From positions 1 to 24,532 of the forward strand of contig JBKKDE010000044.1 of assembly GCA_046708665.1 (NCBI GenBank): a stretch of DNA of 24,532 nt. The letters run 5' to 3'. Positions 16,528 to 23,927 of the stretch are shown here, one piece after another. The position numbers and the translations under genes were made by a program. The notes beneath the pieces were generated by a model. The model saw nothing but the letters and a program-made list of their open reading frames with translations. It did no database searches and had not been told where the DNA came from. The first letter of the stretch is position 1, and the number at the start of each line of letters is the position of its first letter. The DNA comes from Candidatus Zixiibacteriota bacterium (GTDB lineage Bacteria > Zixibacteria > MSB-5A5 > WJJR01).

Positions 16528-18858
16528 ATGAACACCGTATCGAGCGCCGATACCCGTATCCGTTGGATCCCTGCTTCCATCGCACGCCACCCCGCACTAC
16601 TTGCCGCCGCCTGCATTTGCGTCGGAGTGTTCCTCGGCGATGCCATCGACATGAGTTCTGGGGCAATACTCGTTGCAACCGTGGTGCTGGGTATCGTCGG
16701 CCTTGTGGCTTCCCAATCCGTGATTCTCACGACACGGGTGGTTGGGGTGATTGCCGTCTGTGGGGCAATCGTCGCACTCGGGGCATGGCGCATTACCGTA
16801 ACGAACTCCGGTCGACCATCGCCATCACTGACCGAGCTGATCGCGTCAGGACGCCAAGTCAACATATTTGCACGCGTCGATGGTGTCCCTTATCAGAAGT
16901 CGAGCGGCTGGCGGCTTCCTCTTGAGTTACTGTCAGTCAAGAGCCCAAGCGGTAATCAGTCAATCGCTGGCCGCGTGCTCTTGACCTCGATAGCATCCCT
17001 GCACGGACTACAATTCGGCGATTACATACGCTTCGACGGTCGCGTTTTCGCGGCTTCGATCCAACGCAACCTCGGCGGGTTCGACTACGCCGAGTACCTG
17101 CACCGCCAAGGGTTCGACGCCACAGTCCGTCCGCAGTCGCCATTGTTAAAATGGCCACAGGACATGCACTGGTCGCTGTACAACATTGCCGACCCCGTCA
17201 GGCAATGGATTCGCGAAACATTTGCAAGAAGTCTGGACGATGACCCGCAGGCGCTACTCGTCGGGCTTCTACTTGGAGACACCGACCGGCTCCCCAAGCC
17301 GGTGTATGACGCGTTTCGAGAATCGGGTACGTCGCACCTGCTTGCGGTTTCGGGAGCCAATGTGTGGCTCGTTGTGGGGATGATTCTCCTGCCGATGTAT
17401 GCGTTTTCAGTTCCACGCTGGCCACGAACGATTATCGCGCTGATCGTCATCGTCTTCTTCAGTTTTCTCACACGCAATGAGCCCTCCGTGGTGAGAGCCT
17501 CTCTCATGGTTGGGCTGATTTTGGCGGGACGACTGATGTGGCGGCCGGTTGCTCCGTTAAACGCCGTGGGCGCGGCCGCGTTAATTATTCTGCTGCTGTC
17601 ACCGGCTCAACTCTTCCGACCCGGCTTTCAGTTGTCATTTGCTGCAGTGATTGGAATCATCATAGCTGTGAGACGTGTTGAGCCGAAGCTGCGGGGGATC
17701 TGGCGCACGCGCTTGGTCTACACGGTCGTTTTGTTCCTTGTCGCGTCGTTGGCTGCAACTGTTGCGACAGCCCCGATCTCAGCTTGGCATTTTGGAACAG
17801 TTCCTGTCGCGGGGCTTGTCTCAAATCTGCTAATGGTTCCTCTGGCCGGCATGACCGCGCACCTCGGCCTGTTGCTCTTGCCCCTCCAGGCTGCAACTTC
17901 GACAGGTTCGAGAGCACTTGCCGTGGCCATCGAATACTTGCTGCGGTTGTCCACGCACATCGCCCAACTGTTCGCTGATATGTCGTGGGCTACGCTTTCC
18001 TGGCCATCGCCCTCACTGTTGATTCTCGGTCACTTCGTATTGGTGATTTGCTTGATTCTCAACTGGCGTCATCGGTACAGTTGGTTCAGGCCTTTCGTCT
18101 ACTATGTCTGCATCTCGCTCACGGTGTTCGCAGCGGCTCGACTTAGCAACCCAACTTCGCCCGTCGCATCAATATCGCTCCTGGACACAGGTCGGCAACG
18201 AGTAGCAGTGCTCTCAACCAGCGCCGGGATGGCGGCTGGGACAATTGACGATCCGGGATTGGACGACGAGATCGACCAGTGGATAGTTCAGCCATTCCTG
18301 CGACACAAAACGGGTGAGCCCAAATTGGATGCTTGGACATCATGGCGACGGCTAGCCGATTCTCCCACGTTTCAGACGTACGGTTCCGATATCCGGCCAC
18401 AAATATGGAAGCGGTTCTACACTCACGAAGATCTCGACACTCTTGGCCGACCTCGAGTTTGGGCCGATTTATGGCCGACGGATTCAGCCGACATTCTTAT
18501 GATTCGTGATATTCCGACGATGCCGCTGCCGTTACTCCTCGCTGAGACGGGTACCACTCTACGCTCGCCAACCATAATTATCCCCTCGCAGGCAAAAGTC
18601 GGCTGGGTCCGTGAAGTGCTTGATAGATTACGTCCTACGAGCGTAGTCCTGTATGGTCGGTCGCGATTCGGAGAGGACCCAGAAGAGACACTCGCATTCT
18701 GGCGGCTACGCTTTCCTGAGGTTGAGTTCTATTCGTCCGCTGAATACGGCGGGATCACTCTCGATATCTTGCCGGGCCAGGCGACTCTTACCCACACTGT
18801 CTCAAGCCCGCCGAAATCCTATCGAATAAAGGTCTCGCACAATTCCCCGATAAAGTGA
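16528..18858 (+). CDS. comEC: ComEC/Rec2 DNA uptake channel with degenerate C-terminal metallo-beta-lactamase-like domain
   Basis: N-terminal TMs plus an OB-like region (LQFGDYIRFDG, GGFDYAEYL). Competence-domain motifs GTSHLLAVSGANV, PSVVRASLM, GFQLSFAAV. Confidence 0.9.
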   Translation: MNTVSSADTRIRWIPASIARHPALLAAACICVGVFLGDAIDMSSGAILVATVVLGIVGLVASQSVILTTRVVGVIAVCGAIVALGAWRITVTNSGRPSPSLTELIASGRQVNIFARVDGVPYQKSSGWRLPLELLSVKSPSGNQSIAGRVLLTSIASLHGLQFGDYIRFDGRVFAASIQRNLGGFDYAEYLHRQGFDATVRPQSPLLKWPQDMHWSLYNIADPVRQWIRETFARSLDDDPQALLVGLLLGDTDRLPKPVYDAFRESGTSHLLAVSGANVWLVVGMILLPMYAFSVPRWPRTIIALIVIVFFSFLTRNEPSVVRASLMVGLILAGRLMWRPVAPLNAVGAAALIILLLSPAQLFRPGFQLSFAAVIGIIIAVRRVEPKLRGIWRTRLVYTVVLFLVASLAATVATAPISAWHFGTVPVAGLVSNLLMVPLAGMTAHLGLLLLPLQAATSTGSRALAVAIEYLLRLSTHIAQLFADMSWATLSWPSPSLLILGHFVLVICLILNWRHRYSWFRPFVYYVCISLTVFAAARLSNPTSPVASISLLDTGRQRVAVLSTSAGMAAGTIDDPGLDDEIDQWIVQPFLRHKTGEPKLDAWTSWRRLADSPTFQTYGSDIRPQIWKRFYTHEDLDTLGRPRVWADLWPTDSADILMIRDIPTMPLPLLLAETGTTLRSPTIIIPSQAKVGWVREVLDRLRPTSVVLYGRSRFGEDPEETLAFWRLRFPEVEFYSSAEYGGITLDILPGQATLTHTVSSPPKSYRIKVSHNSPIK

Positions 18859-18911
18859 AAGGCCCCCGGAAGATAAGGCGGGTCAGGGAATCTCTTGGGC
18901 AGGAGAGCCGC

Positions 18912-20087
18912 ATGAGCTTTGCTGGGAATCTAAAAACGGTCGTTTTTGGCGATGTGCTGCAATTGATCTCGACCGGTCGCCGCACCGGGGCGCTGGTTCT
19001 CAATCGTCCCCATCGCGGCAAGAAAATTTACTTTCGAACGGGTGACATCATCGCTGCCTCGTCGGAGCCATCGACTGATGAGGAACGTCTGGGGCAAGTA
19101 TTGCTCCGCAAAGGGATGATCAGTGTCGAGGATCTGGAAAAGGCATTGAAGCGTCAAAAATCGACCGGACGACGCCTGGGTCAGATACTTGTCGAGCTCG
19201 GTACAATGAGCAAGGAAAGCATCACCGATGCACTGCGGCTTCAGGTCGAAGAGGTCGTCTACGGTGTATTTGGATGGAACGACGGCGACTTCCAGTTCGC
19301 AGAAGGGGAGAAGCCTGAGGCCTCCCAAATCTTGGTAGAACTGAACACGCTGTCTGTCATGATGGAAGGTGCCCGGCGCTTCGATGAGTACTCAGGAATC
19401 GCAAGCACTCTGCCAAACGAAGAGACAGTGCTGCGTTTTGTGCCTTCCCCGCATCTCAAGGATCCGGAGATTGTTCTGTCCGCCGAGGATATCGATGTCC
19501 TTTCTGGCGTCAATGGCCAGCGTTCCGTTGCTGAAGTCGTCGCCACGTCCTCGTATGGCGAGTACGCTGCCTCAAAGTCTCTTCATAAGCTCCTGACATC
19601 CCATCTCATCGAGCCCTGTCCGGACGTTGCCGTTGCGGTAAAACAGCGCGCCGATGAGGATGAACTGATCGCCTTCATTTTCAAGCTTCACGCCCATGCC
19701 TTGCTGACCATTCATGCCACGCTCAAAGAATACCTCGGACGCGCTGGAGATCGCCTCTACTTCCACATTCCCGCTCTATGCTACGATGACCCGTGGGATT
19801 TGGCTGCTCCGTTGATCGATGCCGACGGTGCGCGCTCGCAAGAGCTGTTTCGTGAACGCGTCTCGCGGATTCCGGGCCCAATCCGTCTCCACCGCTCAGT
19901 CGCTACGGCCCATGCCCTTGTTCATGAAGGGATGCGGACGGTCCGCGACACCCTGGGCGACACCGTCGCTCACAATGTGGCTGAGTCAACCAAACGTGAA
20001 CTCGCTGTGCTTCTGGCACAGAAGCGCGCGCTGGGAGACAAATACGACGTTCACAACGAATTCTTCGCAATTCTCAGGGGGAGATAG
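18912..20087 (+). CDS. DUF4388/PATAN-like protein with internal MshEN motif and wHTH-like segment
   Basis: AGGAG RBS and ATG 18912. DUF4388-type MSFAGNLKTVVFGDVLQLIS..RRTGAL and FGWNDGDFQF...MMEGARRFDE flank a tandem MshEN motif. LSGVNGQRSVAEV is wHTH-like. Confidence 0.8.
   Translation: MSFAGNLKTVVFGDVLQLISTGRRTGALVLNRPHRGKKIYFRTGDIIAASSEPSTDEERLGQVLLRKGMISVEDLEKALKRQKSTGRRLGQILVELGTMSKESITDALRLQVEEVVYGVFGWNDGDFQFAEGEKPEASQILVELNTLSVMMEGARRFDEYSGIASTLPNEETVLRFVPSPHLKDPEIVLSAEDIDVLSGVNGQRSVAEVVATSSYGEYAASKSLHKLLTSHLIEPCPDVAVAVKQRADEDELIAFIFKLHAHALLTIHATLKEYLGRAGDRLYFHIPALCYDDPWDLAAPLIDADGARSQELFRERVSRIPGPIRLHRSVATAHALVHEGMRTVRDTLGDTVAHNVAESTKRELAVLLAQKRALGDKYDVHNEFFAILRGR
19086..19244 (+). 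repeat. Tandem MshEN c-di-GMP-binding motif (2 x 24 aa, 5-aa linker)
   Basis: RLGQVLLRKGMISVEDLEKALKRQ-KSTGR-RLGQILVELGTMSKESITDALRLQ matches RLGxxLxxxGxxxxxxLxxxLxxQ twice with the canonical spacing. Confidence 0.88.
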
Positions 20088-20090
20088 TAC

Positions 20091-20480
20091 ATGAAATCGA
20101 TTCGATACATGCTCATGGTCTGCCTGGCCATTGTGTTCAGCGCAGCGACGGCGTTGGCGGATTCGCCGGCGACAACCACTTCTGAAAGCTCGTCGTTTCC
20201 GCCTGGTACTTTACTGCTTCAGGCCGTGGCCCTGCTCATCATCCTTGCATGTGTGCTTGTGGCATTCAAATTCTACACATCGATCAAGGGCGGTCGTGTT
20301 GGCCAAGGATGGATGTGGCTGTCCTGTGGACTGGTAGTATTTGCTGGTGCGCAACTGCTGCTCTTCGGCGGGCAGCTCGGGGTCCTGCCTCTTCTTATCA
20401 TCTGGGTCGATGTATTAAAAGTTGTGTCGCTCCTGCTGTTCTTCGTTGGCATCAACCAACTTCGCAAGATCATGGCCTGA
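20091..20480 (+). CDS. Small membrane protein (signal peptide plus about 3 TM helices), unknown function
   Basis: GGGGAG RBS, 3 bp after the previous stop. Signal peptide ending ALA|D, then three hydrophobic segments with a KGGRVGQGW loop. Confidence 0.75.
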   Translation: MKSIRYMLMVCLAIVFSAATALADSPATTTSESSSFPPGTLLLQAVALLIILACVLVAFKFYTSIKGGRVGQGWMWLSCGLVVFAGAQLLLFGGQLGVLPLLIIWVDVLKVVSLLLFFVGINQLRKIMA

Positions 20481-20714
20481 TGTACTCGGTCTGCATCCGT
20501 GCCGGGATTATTCCTCGTCCCGGCCATGGGATTTCTCCCATACCGACAATTCCAATCTCGGCCTCCGAAGACGGTTCCACGTGTGACCGTGCTGTGAGTC
20601 GGTGTTAAGACAACCGCCCTGTAGGTCGATATTAATAATTGTTCCAGGCACATAACCTCGCAGGGCGCTCAGCGCGGGGCATCATGTCGGACTGCACCTA
20701 AAATGAGGGCGATC

Positions 20715-21602
20715 ATGCTTAGCGTGGCGCAATTGGACGAACGCATCGAGAAGTGTCTGGCGATACTCGCCGACAACCCGCATTCACAAGTCTTCGCGGC
20801 ACTCGCGGATACATACCGCAAGCGTGGTGAGTTCGGACGCGCGTTCGCCGTTTGCAAGAGTGGGCTCAAGCACCATCCCGATTATGCACCCGCGCACATC
20901 GTGATGGCCAAGCTGTATCTGCATCAGGGCATGTTCCAAGACGCACTGAACTCGCTCAAGCATGCTGAGGCGCAGGATGGCGTTACACGAGCATCGGAAT
21001 TCCTGGAGGCTGAGACTCTCATCGGCGTGCACGACTTTGATGCCGCGCACGCGCTAATCGAAAGGCTCCGCGCCACCGATCGGAACAACCCAGACGTGCT
21101 TGAATTGCAAGCAAAACTCAAGGCGTCGCGGGTGGTCTCGCCGAAGCCAACAAGCGTCGACGACAGAGCACCAGGAGCGACAGATATCGAGCGAGCCACT
21201 GTGCCGGAGCCGGCGGACGCCGTAGAGTACGTTGACTGGACGATGTGGGCACTCGAGATAGCAAAGCTGCCGCATGTTCAGAAGGCCTTTGCAGTGGAAC
21301 TCAGCGACAAAGGAACAACTCCGTTCTCAGTGCTCGCAGAAGCTGGTCCTGGGCACGATGCCGCGGATACGGTCAGCATTTGCGTCGCGCTCTTTGCGTC
21401 ACTCGATTCCCAATGCCGGGCCAAAGGCATCGGCATCGTTGAAGAACTGCGCATTGAGCGTCCGGACGGCGAAATCTGGTGCCATCGTTCCAGCGGACGC
21501 CTCGTAGGATTTTCAGGTGGACACGGTCTCTCATACGGCGCGCTTCGCCAGAAGGCATTGGACGGTGCCGCGCGGGTCAACAGTTACGAAATGAGTCAGT
21601 GA
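20715..21602 (+). CDS. TPR protein with C-terminal degenerate Roadblock/LC7-like domain
   Basis: TPR-type helices FAALADTYRKRGEFGRAFAVCKSGLKHHPDYAPAHIVMAKLY. The C-terminal EIAKLPHVQKAFAV...GIVEELRIERPDGEIW...SYGALR follows the Roadblock secondary-structure pattern. ATG 20715 (GAGG RBS) or 20703. Confidence 0.7.
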   Translation: MLSVAQLDERIEKCLAILADNPHSQVFAALADTYRKRGEFGRAFAVCKSGLKHHPDYAPAHIVMAKLYLHQGMFQDALNSLKHAEAQDGVTRASEFLEAETLIGVHDFDAAHALIERLRATDRNNPDVLELQAKLKASRVVSPKPTSVDDRAPGATDIERATVPEPADAVEYVDWTMWALEIAKLPHVQKAFAVELSDKGTTPFSVLAEAGPGHDAADTVSICVALFASLDSQCRAKGIGIVEELRIERPDGEIWCHRSSGRLVGFSGGHGLSYGALRQKALDGAARVNSYEMSQ

Positions 21603-21609
21603 GGACGCC

Positions 21610-22566
21610 ATGACAGGGACGATTTCGCGAAAGACATCGTATACGCCAATTGTTCTGCGCCTGGCGATTTACTCCGCGCTGTTGGTCTTGGTACCTCTCG
21701 TGCTGTACCCGAGGGGGTTCGGATTCCCTGCGTTGGATCTCAATCCCGCGATCGGACTCTTGGAATGGGCCTTCTACGTTGCCGTGCTCAGTCTGTCCGC
21801 GTCACGGCTCCCCTTCTCAACCCGTGTAGTCGCCGCAGGCTTCACCGTGCTCTTCCGCTTCACGATCGGGGCTATTGCTGGTTGGCTTGTCGGATTTGCA
21901 CATGGCGTGCCACAGTCGGAGACTGTTGTTGGTATGATGTGGTCGTATCCTATGGCCTTGATCCCCCACGTGCTCTTTGCCGCGGTGATTACGAGCCCCT
22001 TATGGGAAAACCTGATGTCGACACAACCGTCGCGTCAGTCGCCCCGTGCAACGGGCCGTACCAAATTCGTGTCTCCGGCGCTGTCGCCATCGACAGTGCG
22101 CACCAATTCTCACAACGCCACGGCATCGCGTGTGGCCTCCGTTGCTGGCGCACTGAATCAAGAGCCGTCATTCGATGATGCAGTGTCTTATATCGGTGAG
22201 TACACCGGCGTTCGTTTGTGCTGGATCGTGGACCGCGATGGTCTTCCCATCGCTGTGTGGCAACGCCAAATGTATACCGGAGATGCCGACTTCTGGGCTC
22301 CCGTTTCAGTCGAAATGATCGATTTCCATAGACAGCGTCTGTCGACCGGGGGTGACGTTTGCCAACCCGATCGGCTCGAAGTGCGCACCAATCAAGGACG
22401 GCTGGTGGTGGAATCGGTTCGTGACGTGTGGCTCGGCGTGCTAACAGATCCCGACGCTGATGAGTTGATCAGCGTACGAATCACGCGCGCACGGGAAATG
22501 ATTGCGAAACATTTGCAAGCGGAGGGCGGACTGACCATAGCCGCCGGGGAGGTTCAATATGTTTAA
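21610..22566 (+). CDS. Membrane protein (about 4 TM) fused to a C-terminal Roadblock/LC7 domain
   Basis: Four hydrophobic segments in the first ~135 aa, then an S/T/P/R linker. From ~22168: GVRLCWIVDRDGLPIA...RLEVRTNQGRLVV...WLGVLTD, which is Roadblock-like. Confidence 0.75.
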   Translation: MTGTISRKTSYTPIVLRLAIYSALLVLVPLVLYPRGFGFPALDLNPAIGLLEWAFYVAVLSLSASRLPFSTRVVAAGFTVLFRFTIGAIAGWLVGFAHGVPQSETVVGMMWSYPMALIPHVLFAAVITSPLWENLMSTQPSRQSPRATGRTKFVSPALSPSTVRTNSHNATASRVASVAGALNQEPSFDDAVSYIGEYTGVRLCWIVDRDGLPIAVWQRQMYTGDADFWAPVSVEMIDFHRQRLSTGGDVCQPDRLEVRTNQGRLVVESVRDVWLGVLTDPDADELISVRITRAREMIAKHLQAEGGLTIAAGEVQYV

Positions 22567-22897
22567 GGAACTGGCTCAACTGAACAGGACCACAGGCGTG
22601 ACAGGCAGCATGCTTGTCGGACACGACGGAATCGTGATTGCAGCGGATCTCGACGAGAAAACTGACGACGACACTCTGGGAGCGTTGGCGTCTTCGATCG
22701 CGGCAACCGTGCGTCGGTCGATGACGGAACTCGGCGCTCATGAATTCGCGCAGATTACCGTCGAAGCGGACAATCAGAAAATCTTCCTGACCGATGCAGG
22801 TATCGGAACGCTGGTCGTCACGACCGAGCCCCGTGTAAACATCGGCCTCGTCCGTCTTGAGATTCGCAACACCATTGGCGCGTTCGCGCGCGCTTGA
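22559..22897 (+). CDS. Stand-alone Roadblock/LC7 protein (MglB/MglC-like)
   Basis: GVTGSMLVGHDGIVIA, LGALASSI, QITVEADNQKIFL, NIGLVRL. GGAGG RBS; 8-nt overlap with the upstream gene. Confidence 0.9.
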   Translation: MFKELAQLNRTTGVTGSMLVGHDGIVIAADLDEKTDDDTLGALASSIAATVRRSMTELGAHEFAQITVEADNQKIFLTDAGIGTLVVTTEPRVNIGLVRLEIRNTIGAFARA

Positions 22898-22937
22898 CGC
22901 AGAAGGGTTCACGAACCACACGGAGAATGAAGGAGCT

Positions 22938-23915
22938 ATGGTTTCGATTAACTACGCCTTCCGCGAAATAAGCTGCAAGATCGTCTACTATGGTCCCGGC
23001 CTGTCCGGAAAGACGACGAACCTGCAGTACGTGCACGACCGCGTTCCCGCGAAGTCGCGCGGCGACCTCATCAGTCTCGCGACCGAGGCCGACCGTACTC
23101 TGTATTTCGACTTTCTGCCGATCCACGTAGGAGACATCGGGGGATTCTCGACCAAGTTCCAGCTCTACACAGTCCCTGGTCAGGTGTTCTACAACGCGAC
23201 GCGCAAGCTGGTTTTGCGCGGCGTGGATGGGATCGTCTTCGTTGCCGATTCACAGTTGGCCAAGATGGATGAAAATATTGAGTCGCTCGCGAACATGTAT
23301 GAAAATCTACGCGAAAACGACATCGATGTGCAAGCCATGCCGTTGGTGTTGCAGTACAACAAACGCGATCTGCCCGACATCGCATCAATTGAAGAACTCG
23401 AGAAGACGATCAATCCCGACGGCCGTCCCATTGTGGAGGCGAGTGCCGTCAAAGGCGTTGGTGTTTTCGATACGATGAAGCGAATTACCAAGCTCGTACT
23501 GGAAGACACAAAACGCAAAACATCCGGGCAACAGCCGTCGACTCCGACCGCGACCAAACCGACGACTCCGTCGGTGCCGATCGACGGCATGCTGACGTCA
23601 TCGGGCCCGGTGTCCGAGTTGCGGCAGTCAACAGCCGCACGCGCGGAGGACGGATGGAACACGGACCGCCATGGCGCGGGAGCCGCTGCGGTCGCGGTCG
23701 TTGAACCGGCAGCCGCATCAAAATCCACACGTGGGCCCATTGGCGTGTCAGCAGAAAGTTCACCGAGTTCAGAAGCCAGGATAGCAGGAACGGCTCACTC
23801 GACAACGCGCAACGATAATGCGGCGTCGGTTGTAACGGCCCAAAGAAGTACACGAATTCGTCGTCGTCAACGATCACTGTTCGATCGCCTCTTTGGCTGG
23901 CTGTTCGGACGTTAG
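22938..23915 (+). CDS. mglA: MglA-family small Ras-like GTPase with long C-terminal extension
   Basis: INYAFREISCKIVYYGPGLSGKTTNL (G1), DRTLYFDFLP (intrinsic Arg finger), TVPGQVFY (catalytic Gln), NKRD (G4). AAGGAG RBS and ATG 22938. 325 aa versus ~195 aa for M. xanthus MglA. Confidence 0.93.
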   Translation: MVSINYAFREISCKIVYYGPGLSGKTTNLQYVHDRVPAKSRGDLISLATEADRTLYFDFLPIHVGDIGGFSTKFQLYTVPGQVFYNATRKLVLRGVDGIVFVADSQLAKMDENIESLANMYENLRENDIDVQAMPLVLQYNKRDLPDIASIEELEKTINPDGRPIVEASAVKGVGVFDTMKRITKLVLEDTKRKTSGQQPSTPTATKPTTPSVPIDGMLTSSGPVSELRQSTAARAEDGWNTDRHGAGAAAVAVVEPAAASKSTRGPIGVSAESSPSSEARIAGTAHSTTRNDNAASVVTAQRSTRIRRRQRSLFDRLFGWLFGR

Positions 23916-23927
23916 AGGAGGTCTTGG

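Noticed and set aside
17320-17370. ComEC SGAN instead of SGxH as an inactivating change
   Set aside because: SGxN is a common natural variant of this motif, and the upstream His (GTSH) is retained.
20551-20600. c-di-GMP-I riboswitch (GCCTCCG seen near an MshEN gene)
   Set aside because: The GCAAA elements and GNRA tetraloop/receptor stems are absent; only a 7-nt word matches.
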